Below, in pieces: positions 10,264 to 21,565 of a stretch of 64,000 nucleotides of DNA. This stretch comes from an uncultured Bacillota bacterium (GTDB lineage Bacteria; Bacillota_I; Bacilli_A; RF39; UBA660): positions 37,153 to 101,152 of the forward strand of contig CAUAFL010000001.1 in assembly GCA_958428295.1 (NCBI GenBank), read 5' to 3'. The position numbers and the translations under genes are program-made. A model generated the notes under the pieces. It searched no databases. It was not told the DNA's origin and saw only the letters and a list, made by a program, of their open reading frames with translations. Position 1 is the first letter of the stretch, and the number at the start of each line of letters is the position of its first letter.

Positions 10264-10692
10264 ATGAAAGTTGTTGTCTCAAGCAGGGGAAAAGAGCGCT
10301 TAAATCGACTTTTGGAATGGTTTTTGTATTTTATTGGTTACTTAATTGTCTTTTATGTAGTATCTAAAATGTTTCACTCTTTTTATTTAGATCGTGAACA
10401 TCCCTTCTTTTATTGCTTGTTGGCAACCTTTATCCTGTATGTATTAAATAAGACCGTTAAACCCTTATTAGTGTCCTTGACTATTCCCATTACGGGACTT
10501 ACCTTAGGCTTATTTTATCCTTTTATTAATTTGTTTGTCTTAAAATTAACAGATTGGATTTTAGGAAGCCATTTTAATTTATTAGATATTTGGGTTGCGT
10601 TAGTAATTTCTCTTTTAATTTCAGTGATGAATTTTTTAATGGAGGGGCTTGTTGTCAAACCTATTATTAGGAGAGTACAAAATCATGGATAG
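10264..10692 (+). CDS. YvlD/DUF360-type small membrane protein (phage-holin-4 superfamily)
   Basis: Four predicted TM helices. The core VKPLLVSLTIPITGLTLGLF resembles B. subtilis YvlD. Confidence 0.55.
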   Translation: MKVVVSSRGKERLNRLLEWFLYFIGYLIVFYVVSKMFHSFYLDREHPFFYCLLATFILYVLNKTVKPLLVSLTIPITGLTLGLFYPFINLFVLKLTDWILGSHFNLLDIWVALVISLLISVMNFLMEGLVVKPIIRRVQNHG

Positions 10693-11497
10693 GGTCGCAT
10701 TTGATTTAGGATTTATCCAAATTTACTGGTATTCTCTTTTTATTTTTTTAGGTGTCATAGCAGGTAGTTTAGTGATTTATCAAGAGGCTAAGAAACAGTC
10801 TTTGGCTCTTGATGACTTTGTTGATTTAGTATTTTATACGGTAATTGTAGCGATTATTGGAGCGCGTTTGTATTATGTTGCCTTTAATTTAACCTATTAT
10901 TTACAAAATCCTGTCGAAATTTTTGAAGTTTGGCATGGTGGTTTGGCCATTCATGGGGCCATTTTAGCGGGATGCTTATTTTTGTGGTTTTATACGAAGA
11001 AGAAGCATTTAAATCTTGGAAAATTATTAGACATATTAGTAGTAGGATTGATTTTGGGTCAGGTAATTGGTCGCTGGGGTAACTTTTTTAATAGGGAAGC
11101 CTTTGGTGCTATTACAACGAAAGCAGCTTTAGTACGACAAGGATTACCGGACTTTATTATTCAGGGAATGTATGTAAATGGTGCTTATCATCAACCTACT
11201 TTTTTATATGAATCTTTTTTCAATTTCCTTGGTTTTTTTGTTCTAATTGGAGTAAGACGTTATCGTTACTTAAAGGTTTTGCAGCTAACGGGTGTGTATT
11301 TAATGTGGTATTCGAGTATACGTTTTGTGGTTGAAGGGTTACGCTTAGATAGTTTAATGTTAGGACCTATTCGTATTGCCCAACTTGTCTCCCTTCTTTT
11401 ATTTATTCTGGGAGTTTACTTGGTTTTTATTCGTCATTTAAAACAGCCTAAATTAGCTAATTTATATGCAAAGGAGAGTCTATATGAAAGAGTATAA
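10685..11497 (+). CDS. lgt: prolipoprotein diacylglyceryl transferase
   Basis: Lgt signature (HGGLAIHGA, GRWGNFFNRE) and a polytopic membrane layout. The start was moved to the ATG at 10685 with a GGAGAG RBS; the ORF-track start is 10649. Confidence 0.85.
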   Translation: MDRVAFDLGFIQIYWYSLFIFLGVIAGSLVIYQEAKKQSLALDDFVDLVFYTVIVAIIGARLYYVAFNLTYYLQNPVEIFEVWHGGLAIHGAILAGCLFLWFYTKKKHLNLGKLLDILVVGLILGQVIGRWGNFFNREAFGAITTKAALVRQGLPDFIIQGMYVNGAYHQPTFLYESFFNFLGFFVLIGVRRYRYLKVLQLTGVYLMWYSSIRFVVEGLRLDSLMLGPIRIAQLVSLLLFILGVYLVFIRHLKQPKLANLYAKESLYERV

Positions 11498-12380
11498 GGT
11501 AGTCATTATTGGTGCAGGTGTAGCTGGCCTAACGGCGGCAATTTATTTGAAAAGAGCGGGTATCTCTTGTTGTATTTTGGAAGGAAGAATACCGGGGGGT
11601 CAAATTATTGATAATGGAACGATTGAGAATTATCCTGGTTTTTCTAAAATAAGTGGTAGTGATTTGACTCTTGCCATTTTAAAACAGATTAAATCTTTAG
11701 AAGTACCTATATTTTATCAAGAGGTTAGTTCCATTTCACTTACAAAGACTTGTAAAAAGGTCCTGACACCTAAAAATGTTTTTTCTTGTCAAAATGTGAT
11801 TATGGCGACAGGACGATCTCCTCGTAAATTAGCATTAGCTAATGAGGATAAGTTATTAGGAAAGGGACTTAGCTATTGTGCTATTTGTGATGGAAGTCTT
11901 TATAAAGATCAAGAAGTTTTAATAGTAGGTGGAGGCGATAGTGCTTTTGAGGCGGCGTCTTATCTTAGCAATTTGGCCTCTTCTGTGACACTTATTCATC
12001 GACGGCAAGAATATCGGGCTAGTCAGTATTTGCAGGATAAAGTTAAGTCTCTTTCGAATGTTACCTATGTAACTGCCCAAGTTGTTGAGTTATTAGTAAC
12101 AGATGGTATTTTTAGTGGAGTAGTATTAGATAATGGGCAAAGGATTGTGGCCAAGGCTTTGTTTATCTATGTAGGGCAGTTGCCTAATACGGCGTTAGTA
12201 GCACCTTTTTCTATCACTGATGCTGCTGGTTATATTTCAGTGGATGATACATTTGCTACTAAAATAGAAGGTTTGTATGCAATTGGAGATTGTGTAGCCA
12301 AGTCTACTTATCAAATTATTACGGCGATGGCGGATGCGGCAGTCTGTGCATTAACAATCAGTAGGAGGGGAAATGAATAA
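11484..12380 (+). CDS. trxB: thioredoxin-disulfide reductase
   Basis: FAD-binding GxGxxG (IIGAGVAG) and the redox-active CAICDG motif. The start was moved to the ATG at 11484 with an AAGGAGAG RBS. Confidence 0.8.
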   Translation: MKEYKVVIIGAGVAGLTAAIYLKRAGISCCILEGRIPGGQIIDNGTIENYPGFSKISGSDLTLAILKQIKSLEVPIFYQEVSSISLTKTCKKVLTPKNVFSCQNVIMATGRSPRKLALANEDKLLGKGLSYCAICDGSLYKDQEVLIVGGGDSAFEAASYLSNLASSVTLIHRRQEYRASQYLQDKVKSLSNVTYVTAQVVELLVTDGIFSGVVLDNGQRIVAKALFIYVGQLPNTALVAPFSITDAAGYISVDDTFATKIEGLYAIGDCVAKSTYQIITAMADAAVCALTISRRGNE

Positions 12381-13323
12381 GAAAGTACTAGTCTTTGGGG
12401 GTGGAACAGGTCTTTCTTATTTATTGAAGGGATTGAAAGACTTTCCATTAGATATTACAGCTGTTATTACTGTCTCTGACAATGGGCAAAGTACTGGAAA
12501 GTTACGAGAAGAATTTCATGTTCCTGCTGTGGGCGATGTTAGAAAGGTCTTAACTAGTTTGTCTCCAATAAATCAAAAGTTGAAGCAGATGTTAGAATAC
12601 CGTTTCCAAACTAGTAGTGATTTGAATGGTCATGCGTTAGGAAATCTGATGTTAATTTCACTGTTAAATATTACCGGCAGTTTTAGAACTTCAATTTGTG
12701 AGTTGAGTAAACTACTGAATATATCGGCTAAGGTTTTACCACTATCTGAAGATCCTTCTATTACTTTGATGGCTGAAAGTACGGATGGGGTCGTCATTGA
12801 AGGAGAAGAGAACATTACTAAAAGTCATCATAAAATTAAAAGAATGTACTATAAAGAAGAGCCTCAGGTGTTATTAGAAGTGTTACAAGCGATACGAGAA
12901 GCTGATTTAATTCTGTTGAGTATGGGTAGTATTTATACCTCTATTTTACCTCATTTATTAGCAAAACAGGTGATTGTGGAGTTAGATAAAACGAAAGCGC
13001 CGTTATTATATCTTTGCAATATTGTAACGCAGCCAGGAGAGACGGATGATTTTGCTGTTAGTGATCATGTGCAGTTATTAAATTCCTATCTAGGTATTCA
13101 TAAATTAGATGCTGTCATTGCTTCCAATTCTCATATCTCCGAGGAAATGGTCCAAAAATATGCCACAGAGGAGCAAAAAGACCCGGTTAAAATCGATTAT
13201 CCGGTGTTAGCAAAAAGTGATGTTGAATTAATTGAGGCAGATTTATTGACGGTTTCTGATCAAACCCTGAAGCATCATAGTCAGAAGTTAAGTGCCTTAA
13301 TTTTTTCTTATTTAATGAGGTGA
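12373..13323 (+). CDS. yvcK: gluconeogenesis factor YvcK (UPF0052/CofD-like)
   Basis: VFGGGTGLS N-terminal motif. Position between trxB and whiA matches the Firmicutes arrangement. Confidence 0.8.
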   Translation: MNKKVLVFGGGTGLSYLLKGLKDFPLDITAVITVSDNGQSTGKLREEFHVPAVGDVRKVLTSLSPINQKLKQMLEYRFQTSSDLNGHALGNLMLISLLNITGSFRTSICELSKLLNISAKVLPLSEDPSITLMAESTDGVVIEGEENITKSHHKIKRMYYKEEPQVLLEVLQAIREADLILLSMGSIYTSILPHLLAKQVIVELDKTKAPLLYLCNIVTQPGETDDFAVSDHVQLLNSYLGIHKLDAVIASNSHISEEMVQKYATEEQKDPVKIDYPVLAKSDVELIEADLLTVSDQTLKHHSQKLSALIFSYLMR

Positions 13324-13327
13324 TAGG

Positions 13328-14248
13328 ATGTCATTTACAACCCAAATTAAAGATGAATTAACTACTTTATCGTTAACGGAAACGGAGAAAATCGCATTAT
13401 TATCCGGTTTTTTTCGTAATAATGCCGTAGTTCAAGAGGGACATTTAATTTTAACTAGTGAAAATTCTTTAATTGTTGAATATTTAACTATGTTATTAAA
13501 TGCATACGAAAAGGTAAAATATGTAGTGAGCTTAGGTGAAAATAATAATTTTAGTAAACGGCAATTGTATTTGATTGATGTATATGACAATATTGCTTAT
13601 TTGACAGAACTATTATGTTTGTTTACAGAAGTACCTGATCATTATTTAGTAGCAGGAATAGAAGAACAGAAAGGGTACTTACGAGGTGTTTTTTTAACCT
13701 CAGGTAGTATCAATGATCCTAAGACTTCGCGTTATCATATGGAAATATTTATGAATCATCCTCAAGAGGCCGTCTTTGTACAAAAAATTTTAAATTGTTT
13801 TGATTTAAATGCCAAGTTATTAAATCGTGATAAAGGTTATATGGTGTATTTGAAAGAAGCAGAAAAAATTAGTGATTTTTTAAAACTGATAGGAGCGATG
13901 AAGGCCGTTTTATATTTTGAAACCATTCGTGTTTATCATGAAAAGAAAAATCAAACTAATCGACTTAATAATTGCGAGCAGGCGAATACGGATCGTGTTA
14001 TTGAAACTGCTACGCAGCAATTGCATTATATCGATATTTTACGGGAAAATTTGGCGGTAGAGTTATTAGATGATAAGACCAAAGAAGCTCTTATTTATCG
14101 AGAAAAATATCCAGAAGCCTCTTTAAAAGAATTAAGTGAAATTATTAGTTTGGAAACAGGGAAGGCTCTTTCTAAATCTGGTTTGAATCACCGTTTTCGG
14201 AAGATCAAGGCTTTGGCTAGTAAATTTGTGGAGAATGATAATTCATGA
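13328..14248 (+). CDS. whiA: DNA-binding sporulation/cell-division regulator WhiA
   Basis: 306 aa with a C-terminal HTH. Sits downstream of yvcK as in bacilli and clostridia. Confidence 0.8.
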   Translation: MSFTTQIKDELTTLSLTETEKIALLSGFFRNNAVVQEGHLILTSENSLIVEYLTMLLNAYEKVKYVVSLGENNNFSKRQLYLIDVYDNIAYLTELLCLFTEVPDHYLVAGIEEQKGYLRGVFLTSGSINDPKTSRYHMEIFMNHPQEAVFVQKILNCFDLNAKLLNRDKGYMVYLKEAEKISDFLKLIGAMKAVLYFETIRVYHEKKNQTNRLNNCEQANTDRVIETATQQLHYIDILRENLAVELLDDKTKEALIYREKYPEASLKELSEIISLETGKALSKSGLNHRFRKIKALASKFVENDNS

Positions 14249-15369
14249 AACAATGGTTGCAAAAAGGGATTTTTATTATTATGTTTGTTTTTATTTGTGG
14301 TTGTCAAAGAACTAAGCAAACAGCAAAACCTGTGGTATCATCGGAGTTGTTTGGAGCTTATTATGAGCAAGCAGAAGCCCAACTGGAAAAGATGACGTTG
14401 GAGGAAAAAATTGGCCAATTATTTCTTATTCGCTTTAGTGAAGAGGGGATAGCAAAAGATTTAGAGACGGTAGTTCCAGCAGGGTATGTGTTGTTTGCCA
14501 AAGATATAGAAGATCAAACAAAGGATAGTCTTCGTCAAAAGCTTGCTGCCTATCAACAACAAAGTTCTATTCCACTTATCTTTACGGTGGATGAGGAAGG
14601 AGGCATAGTGACTAGAATTAGTCGTTATTCTTCTTTTCGTGATCAAAGGTTTGAAAGCGTAAGAGATTACTATTTAAGTGGAGGAATTCCCAAATTAGTA
14701 GCAATAGAGGAAGAGAAAGACCAGTTATTAGCAGATTTAGGGATTCAACTTAACTTGGCTCCTGTTGCAGATGTGTCTTTAAATCCTGAAGATTTTATTT
14801 ATAATAGAACTTTGGGAGAGAAGGTTAACATTGTGGCTTCCTATATTCAAGCAATTGTCGAGAAGGCCAATCATTTATCTTTTGCGGTTACGTTAAAACA
14901 TTTTCCTGGCTATGGAGGTAGTTTGGATACACATCGGGGTGTTAGTGTTGACTCAAGAAGTAGTAAGGAATTAAGAGAACAAAGTTTACCGCCTTTTATT
15001 GCTGGTATTAAGGCTAAGGTGCCGGTAATTATGGTGTCACATAATATCGTGCAAAGTTATGACGAAAATAGGCCTGCTTCTTTGTCTAAGGCGGTTCATA
15101 AAATATTACGTGAGTTAGGCTTTGAGGGTCTTATTGTGACTGATGACTTAGATATGACAGCGATTCAAGATAGTCTCAAGGGAGAGAATGAAGCTGTGGT
15201 GGCCTTAGAATCAGGCAATGACTTACTAATGACCTCTCAATATCAAGAAGATAGACAAGCTTTAGTAGATGCTATCAAGACGGGTAGAATTACGATATCT
15301 ACTTTGAATGAGCGAGTTAAGCGTATTTTAGCTTTTAAATATCAATATGGCATAATAAAAGAAACGTAG
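14245..15369 (+). CDS. glycoside hydrolase family 3 lipoprotein (NagZ-like beta-N-acetylhexosaminidase)
   Basis: Lipoprotein signal peptide with a lipobox Cys (FICGC) and a GH3 N-terminal catalytic domain. Confidence 0.7.
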   Translation: MKQWLQKGIFIIMFVFICGCQRTKQTAKPVVSSELFGAYYEQAEAQLEKMTLEEKIGQLFLIRFSEEGIAKDLETVVPAGYVLFAKDIEDQTKDSLRQKLAAYQQQSSIPLIFTVDEEGGIVTRISRYSSFRDQRFESVRDYYLSGGIPKLVAIEEEKDQLLADLGIQLNLAPVADVSLNPEDFIYNRTLGEKVNIVASYIQAIVEKANHLSFAVTLKHFPGYGGSLDTHRGVSVDSRSSKELREQSLPPFIAGIKAKVPVIMVSHNIVQSYDENRPASLSKAVHKILRELGFEGLIVTDDLDMTAIQDSLKGENEAVVALESGNDLLMTSQYQEDRQALVDAIKTGRITISTLNERVKRILAFKYQYGIIKET

Positions 15370-15951
15370 TTACGCTTCTTTTTCTAATATTTTATCAATA
15401 AGTCCATATTGTTTTGCCATTCTTGGATCCATAAAATTATCGCGGTCTGTATCCTGTTCTACCTCTTTTAGTGGTTTTCCGGTATTTTTGGCTAGGATCT
15501 CATTTAATTTATGCTTGGTTTTTAAAATATGTTCAGCGGCAATTTTTATTTCAGTTGCTTGTCCTTTAGCGCCTCCTAGCGGTTGGTGAATCATCACTTC
15601 ACTGTTAGGAAGACAATATCGTTTTTTCTTCTTTCCACTGGAAAGGAGAAAAGCGGCCATCGATGCAGCCATTCCAAGACAGATCGTCGAAACATCGCTT
15701 TTAATAAAATTCATGGTGTCGTAAATGGCCATTCCTGCTGTAACACTTCCGCCTGGAGAGTTAATATATAAAGAGATATCTTCATGATTTAAAGAATCTA
15801 GATATAGTAGTTCTGCCACCACCGTATTAGCTAGCAGATCGTCAATTTCTCCCGTTAATAAAATAATTCTATTTTTTAATAATCTTGAGAAAATATCATA
15901 ACTTCTTTCACCATTTGTTTCTTTATCGACAATCATTGGTACTAAGTTCAT
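15370..15951 (-). CDS. clpP: ATP-dependent Clp protease proteolytic subunit
   Basis: Ser-His-Asp ClpP signatures ([17 protein letters not shown]). The likely start is MNLVPMIV, as in B. subtilis ClpP; the ORF track extends six codons further to 15969. Confidence 0.9.
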   Translation of the reverse strand: MNLVPMIVDKETNGERSYDIFSRLLKNRIILLTGEIDDLLANTVVAELLYLDSLNHEDISLYINSPGGSVTAGMAIYDTMNFIKSDVSTICLGMAASMAAFLLSSGKKKKRYCLPNSEVMIHQPLGGAKGQATEIKIAAEHILKTKHKLNEILAKNTGKPLKEVEQDTDRDNFMDPRMAKQYGLIDKILEKEA

Positions 15952-16085
15952 ATTTATCATTATCATCACCTAATTCTACTATATCCATTGTCTAAAGAAT
16001 TTATACAAGTCTTATTTCGCTAAAATTATTAGACATTACTCCTCGGTTTTGATATACTTAACTTAGAATAAAAGAGGGTGTGACC

Positions 16086-17741
16086 ATGATTGAGACAATT
16101 GAAGTGGTAATGAATGGCCATAAAACGGCTGTTCCTTCAGGGACCACTTTATTACAGCTTAGTAAAGAGGTAGCGAAAGAGTATCGTTTTCCCATTATTA
16201 TTGCTACTGTCAATGGTAGTTATAAAGAGCTTAGTTATGTAGTCAACGATTCTTGTACGGTTGATTTTTTCGATTTGAATTCAAAAGTCGGAAATCGCAC
16301 CCATATTGCCGGACTTACCTTTTTATTGTTAGTAGCCGTTAAAGAGTTATATGGAGAAAAAGCGAATATTATTGTCCAGCATTCTCTAGATAAAGGTCTT
16401 TATATAGAAACAACTTTTCCAATAAGTACAACTTTAGTTAAATCCATTGGTAAGAAAATGTTACAATTGGTAGAGATGGATTTGTCGATTGCCAAGGTGA
16501 GTGTAGAACGGGTTTCTGCCATTCATTATTTTGAAAGTATAGAAGATATGGCCAAGGCCAATATTATGAAATATAATACCAATACTTTTGTCACTCTCTA
16601 TCGATTGAGTAATTATTATAATTACTTTTATCACCAAATGCCGCCTTCTACCTCAGTATTAAAAGATTTCAAACTCACTTATTTACATGATAATGGTTTT
16701 ATCTTGCAATTTCCAACGATTTATTCTAATAATCGAATTAAAGAATACGAACATCACCCCCATATGTTCCAAGTGTTTAAGGAATGCCATGACTGGGCAA
16801 AATTGATGAAAATAGAAAATTTGTCTGATTTAAATAGTATTGTATCACAAGGCAAAATTGATGATTTGATCCGTATTGATGAGACTTTACAAAGTAATCG
16901 TCTATTAGAGGTAGCGAAAAAAATTGTTGCTAAAAAAGATACTTTGAAAGTTATTTTGTTGGCAGGACCTTCTTCGTCTGGTAAGACGACGACTACTACT
17001 AAGTTATGTATGTACTTACAAAGTTTTGGTTTGCATCCTAAGATGCTTAGTATGGATGACTATTTTGTAGAACGCCAAGAAACACCGCTTAATGAAGAAG
17101 GACAGCCTGACTATGAGTGTTTTGAGGCTGTTGATACGAAGATGATGGCGGAGCAGATTGCTTTATTGTTAAAAGGTGAAACCGTTGTTGTGCCTGTTTA
17201 TAATTTTATTGAGGGAAAAAAGAATTTTGTTAAAGAACTTTTTCTTTTAGAAGATGATATTTTGTTAATTGAAGGAATTCATGCTTTAAACCCTGCTGTT
17301 TTAGATTCTATTCCCGCGATTCATAAGTTTAAAATTTATTTGTCGGCTTTAACGGAATTAAATATTGATAGTCATAACCGTTTCTCTACTACTGATAATC
17401 GTTTATTACGTCGGATGATTCGTGATAATCGTACTAGGGGGTATACCCCTGAAGATACGCTTAAGGTTTGGCCCAATGTTCGTACTGGGGAGGAAAAATT
17501 TATTTTTCCTTATCAAGATGAAGCAGATGTGACGATTAATACTGCTTTAATTTATGAACTAGGTGTGTTAAAAACATATGTTGAACCTTTATTATTTTCG
17601 GTTTCAGAAAATTCTCAGTATTATGAAGAAGCGAAACGCTTGTTAAATTTATTGCGTCTTATTTTACCTATTCCTAGTGAAGCTATTCCAGATGATTCTA
17701 TTATTCGAGAGTTTATTGGTGGTAGTTGTTTTCATGAATAA
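16086..17741 (+). CDS. TGS-domain / uridine-kinase-family nucleoside kinase fusion protein
   Basis: N-terminal ThrRS-like TGS domain and C-terminal P-loop kinase (LLAGPSSSGKTTTT) of the PRK/uridine kinase family. The ATG at 16086 follows an AAAGAGGG RBS. Confidence 0.65.
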   Translation: MIETIEVVMNGHKTAVPSGTTLLQLSKEVAKEYRFPIIIATVNGSYKELSYVVNDSCTVDFFDLNSKVGNRTHIAGLTFLLLVAVKELYGEKANIIVQHSLDKGLYIETTFPISTTLVKSIGKKMLQLVEMDLSIAKVSVERVSAIHYFESIEDMAKANIMKYNTNTFVTLYRLSNYYNYFYHQMPPSTSVLKDFKLTYLHDNGFILQFPTIYSNNRIKEYEHHPHMFQVFKECHDWAKLMKIENLSDLNSIVSQGKIDDLIRIDETLQSNRLLEVAKKIVAKKDTLKVILLAGPSSSGKTTTTTKLCMYLQSFGLHPKMLSMDDYFVERQETPLNEEGQPDYECFEAVDTKMMAEQIALLLKGETVVVPVYNFIEGKKNFVKELFLLEDDILLIEGIHALNPAVLDSIPAIHKFKIYLSALTELNIDSHNRFSTTDNRLLRRMIRDNRTRGYTPEDTLKVWPNVRTGEEKFIFPYQDEADVTINTALIYELGVLKTYVEPLLFSVSENSQYYEEAKRLLNLLRLILPIPSEAIPDDSIIREFIGGSCFHE

Positions 17742-17751
17742 AAAACAAGTT

Positions 17752-18279
17752 CTATTGGTTAGATCTTGTTTTTTTGGTAAATTTATTTAAATAGTATTGA
17801 AATATTTGTAAATGAATTTGTTCATCTTCAATAATTCTAGTTAGCAAATTTTGAATATAAATATCTCGAATAAGGTGACGATGTTGTTGGTATTGATTGA
17901 TGGCAGCAGTTTCTTTTTCGATGTCAGTTTTTAGTAAGGCAACAATGTTTTTTTCATAGGTAACAAAGTTTGCGTTCCAATATTTTTCTTGTCGAGTTTT
18001 TAAGTCAATGGTTCGGTATTTGGGATCAACACCTAATAAAGAAATTGTCTCTCCTAATAACTGTAAGTGGTGCATTTCTACTTCTGAAATATGATGAAGT
18101 GCCATAGCAATTTCTTGGTATTGTTGATTTTGTGTTAAATATTGATATAAGTATAAATGTATAGCTGTCTCTTCACTGACAGTACCAGCATAGTCTTCTA
18201 GTAATAATACCGCATAATAAGGGTTTTTTGCTTCTACTCGTGGACTGGGGTAGGGTAACTTAGCTTGATAATCCATCAA
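17752..18279 (-). CDS. ferritin-like manganese-catalase family protein, CotJC-like
   Basis: 175 aa. N-terminal KLPYPSP...NPYYA and repeated E..H metal-ligand motifs resemble spore coat protein CotJC. No cotJA or cotJB is adjacent. Confidence 0.55.
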   Translation of the reverse strand: MMDYQAKLPYPSPRVEAKNPYYAVLLLEDYAGTVSEETAIHLYLYQYLTQNQQYQEIAMALHHISEVEMHHLQLLGETISLLGVDPKYRTIDLKTRQEKYWNANFVTYEKNIVALLKTDIEKETAAINQYQQHRHLIRDIYIQNLLTRIIEDEQIHLQIFQYYLNKFTKKTRSNQ

Positions 18280-18356
18280 AATGCTCCTTTCTTTATACTA
18301 TATTCGTAAAAAAAGGAAATTAGAAGGTAGCGTCTTGATAAAAACAAATAAAACGA

Positions 18357-18385
18357 TTGACTTTCACATAGACTAATGATATATT
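18357..18385 (+). promoter_or_regulatory. sigma-A promoter of the str operon (TTGACT-17-TATATT)
   Basis: Consensus-like hexamers about 100 nt upstream of rpsL. Confidence 0.5.
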
Positions 18386-18486
18386 ATGTTTGCTGATTAA
18401 ATTTTGTTTTGCGCCTAACGCAAAACTTTATTTAGAAGTTAAAATGATACACCCGGATATGTGTAAAGAAAGGAGATATATTTTAT

Positions 18487-18897
18487 ATGACTACAATTAA
18501 CCAGTTAGTCCGTAAAGGAAGAGGAAAAAAGGTACGTAAGAGTAAAGCACCAGTTTTAAATGTTGGTGTTAATACTATTAGAAGAAAACAAACTAATAAT
18601 TCATCTCCCCAGAAACGTGGCGTATGTACCCGTGTGGGAACGAAGACACCTAAGAAACCAAACTCAGCATTACGGAAGTATGCCCGTGTTCGTTTAAGTA
18701 ATGGTAAGGAAGTAGATACTTACATTCCTGGTATTGGACATAACTTACAAGAACATAGTGTGGTACTTGTGCGTGGTGGACGTGTAAAGGACTTAATCGG
18801 AGTTCGTTATCATATCGTTCGCGGAGCGCTTGATACTGCCGGAGTCAAAGATAGAAAACAAGGTCGTAGTAAATACGGCGCTAAAAGACCTAAGTAG
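18487..18897 (+). CDS. rpsL: 30S ribosomal protein S12
   Basis: Highly conserved sequence ([10 protein letters not shown]...[10 protein letters not shown]). Confidence 0.95.
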   Translation: MTTINQLVRKGRGKKVRKSKAPVLNVGVNTIRRKQTNNSSPQKRGVCTRVGTKTPKKPNSALRKYARVRLSNGKEVDTYIPGIGHNLQEHSVVLVRGGRVKDLIGVRYHIVRGALDTAGVKDRKQGRSKYGAKRPK

Positions 18898-18926
18898 AAT
18901 TATTTTTTGGAAGGAGGAAATAGAAT

Positions 18927-19394
18927 ATGCGTAAACGTCGTGCTGTAAAAAGAGATGTATTGCCAGATCCTATCTATAAATCTAAAACAGTTACTAAACT
19001 TGTGAATACAATTATGTTAGATGGAAAAAAGGGAACGGCACAAACACTTTTGTATGAAGCATTTGATACAATTAAAAATAAAACAGGAAAAGATCCATTA
19101 GAAGTGTTTACTGAAGCGATGGATAATATTCGTCCTACTGTCGAAGTTAAGTCACGTCGAGTAGGGGGGAGTAATTATCAGGTACCAGTAGAAGTAACAC
19201 CAGCTCGTGCGGAAGCGTTAGCGCTTCGTTGGTTAGTGAAATTTTCAAGAAGCCGTGGTGGTCGTGGAATGGCTGATAATTTGGCGAATGAAATTATGGA
19301 TGCCGCTAATGGTACAGGAGCAGCAGTGAAAAAACGAGAAGATACTCATCGGATGGCAGAAGCCAATAAAGCTTATGCTCATTATCGTTGGTAG
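18927..19394 (+). CDS. rpsG: 30S ribosomal protein S7
   Basis: Conserved S7 sequence and position after rpsL. Confidence 0.95.
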   Translation: MRKRRAVKRDVLPDPIYKSKTVTKLVNTIMLDGKKGTAQTLLYEAFDTIKNKTGKDPLEVFTEAMDNIRPTVEVKSRRVGGSNYQVPVEVTPARAEALALRWLVKFSRSRGGRGMADNLANEIMDAANGTGAAVKKREDTHRMAEANKAYAHYRW

Positions 19395-19406
19395 AAAGGA
19401 GAACCT

Positions 19407-21476
19407 ATGGCAAGAGATACGTCTTTAGAAAAGACAAGAAATTTTGGAATTATGGCTCATATTGATGCTGGTAAGACTACTTGTACAGAACGTATTTTGT
19501 ATCATACTGGTAAAATCCATAAAATAGGTGAGACACATGAAGGGGCTGCCCAAATGGACTGGATGGAGCAAGAAAAAGAGCGTGGTATTACCATTACCTC
19601 AGCAGCTACAACAGCTCATTGGAAAGGCTATCGCTATAATATTATCGATACACCAGGACACGTCGATTTTACGATCGAAGTTAGTCGTAGTTTACGAGTA
19701 CTGGATGGGTCTGTGGCATTACTTGATGCTCAGGCTGGTGTTGAGTCGCAGATGGAGACTGTTTGGCGACAAGCGGATGAGTTTAAAGTACCTAGAATTA
19801 TTTTTGCAAATAAAATGGATAAAATGGGTGCTAATTTTGAATACAGTTTGAAAACAATTAAGGATCGTCTTGGTGTTAATGCGAAGCCAATTGAATGGCC
19901 TATCGGGGCAGAAGATAATTTTAAAGGGGTAATTGATTTAGTTACCATGAAAGCTTATCAATTCGATGGTAAACCAGAAGAAGAGGCTGAAGAAATTGAG
20001 ATTCCAGCTGATTTAAAAGCGTTGGCAGAAGAAAAGCATGCGGATTTAATTGAGGCGGTGGCTGAGTTTGATGATGAAATGATGGAAAAATATCTCGAAG
20101 GAGAAGATATTTCTGTTGAGATGTTAAAATCGGCAATTCGTAAAGGGTGTTTAAAAGCTGCATTTTTCCCTGTTATGTGTGGTACAGCACTAGGAAATAA
20201 GGGAATTAAGCCACTTTTAAATGCAGTTATTGATTATTTACCAAGCCCTGTTGATACAGAGGCAATTACGGGACATAATTTAAAAGGGGAAGAAGAGCTT
20301 CGTCATCCAAATGATAATGAACCATTTAGTGCGTTAGCTTTTAAAGTGATGACCGATCCATTTGTAGGACGTCTTACATTCTTCCGTGTTTATTCAGGAC
20401 ATTTGAGTAGTGGTAGTTATGTTTTAAATTCTACCAAAGATAGTAAAGAGCGGATTGGTCGTATTTTACAGATGCATGCGAATAATCGAAATGAAATTAC
20501 GGATGTTTATACAGGGGATATTGCGGCAGCAGTAGGTCTTAAGAATACCACAACGGGAGATACCTTATGTGATGAGAAGAAGCCAATTATTTTAGAAAAG
20601 CTTAGTGTACCGGAACCAGTTATTCAGTTAGCTGTGGAACCTAAATCAAAGGCTGATCAAGATAAGATGGGAATCGCTTTACAAAAATTAGCAGAAGAAG
20701 ATCCTACTTTTAAAGTTCATACGGATCATGAGACTGGTCAAACGGTAATTGCAGGAATGGGTGAGTTACATCTTGATGTTTTAGTTGATCGAATGAAGCG
20801 GGAATTTCATGTAGAAGCCAATGTTGGAGCGCCGCAAGTGTCTTATCGTGAAACAATTAAACAAAGTGCTGAATGTGAAGGTAAGTATATCAAACAATCT
20901 GGTGGACGTGGTCAATATGGTCATGTTTGGATTAAGTTTGAGCCAAATAAAGATAAAGGATATGAATTTGTTGACAGTATTGTTGGTGGTGTTGTACCTC
21001 GAGAATATATTCCTGTCGTTGATAAAGGATTACAAGAAGCTATGCAGACTGGTATTTTAGCTGGCTATCCAATGATTGATGTGAAAGCAACTCTTTATGA
21101 TGGTTCCTATCATGATGTTGATTCTAATGAAATGGCCTTTAAAATTGCTGCCAGTCTTGCTTTGAAAGAAGCGAAGAATAAGTGTCAAGCTGTATTGTTA
21201 GAACCAATTATGAAAGTTGAAGTCACTACTCCAGATGAGTATTTTGGTAATGTTATGGGAGATTTGACGAGTCGTCGTGGTCGTCCTTTAGGCCAAGAAA
21301 GTATGGGAAATGCAGTAAAACTTTCAGCAATGGTTCCCCTTTCAGAAATGTTTGGGTATGCTACTAATTTAAGAAGTAATACGCAGGGTCGTGGAAACTT
21401 TGTGATGACTTTTGATCATTATGAAGAAGTACCTAAAAATATTGCCGAAGAAATTATTAAAAAGAGTGGTAATTAA
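19407..21476 (+). CDS. fusA: elongation factor G
   Basis: GTPase motifs ([21 protein letters not shown]) and EF-G domains, in the str operon. Confidence 0.95.
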   Translation: MARDTSLEKTRNFGIMAHIDAGKTTCTERILYHTGKIHKIGETHEGAAQMDWMEQEKERGITITSAATTAHWKGYRYNIIDTPGHVDFTIEVSRSLRVLDGSVALLDAQAGVESQMETVWRQADEFKVPRIIFANKMDKMGANFEYSLKTIKDRLGVNAKPIEWPIGAEDNFKGVIDLVTMKAYQFDGKPEEEAEEIEIPADLKALAEEKHADLIEAVAEFDDEMMEKYLEGEDISVEMLKSAIRKGCLKAAFFPVMCGTALGNKGIKPLLNAVIDYLPSPVDTEAITGHNLKGEEELRHPNDNEPFSALAFKVMTDPFVGRLTFFRVYSGHLSSGSYVLNSTKDSKERIGRILQMHANNRNEITDVYTGDIAAAVGLKNTTTGDTLCDEKKPIILEKLSVPEPVIQLAVEPKSKADQDKMGIALQKLAEEDPTFKVHTDHETGQTVIAGMGELHLDVLVDRMKREFHVEANVGAPQVSYRETIKQSAECEGKYIKQSGGRGQYGHVWIKFEPNKDKGYEFVDSIVGGVVPREYIPVVDKGLQEAMQTGILAGYPMIDVKATLYDGSYHDVDSNEMAFKIAASLALKEAKNKCQAVLLEPIMKVEVTTPDEYFGNVMGDLTSRRGRPLGQESMGNAVKLSAMVPLSEMFGYATNLRSNTQGRGNFVMTFDHYEEVPKNIAEEIIKKSGN

Positions 21477-21565
21477 AAACTCTTTACTAAAAAAGTTCTA
21501 AACAGTTGCAAAAAAATCAATTGTTAGATAAAATATAAGTTGTAAATAAAAAAGGAGGAAATATT

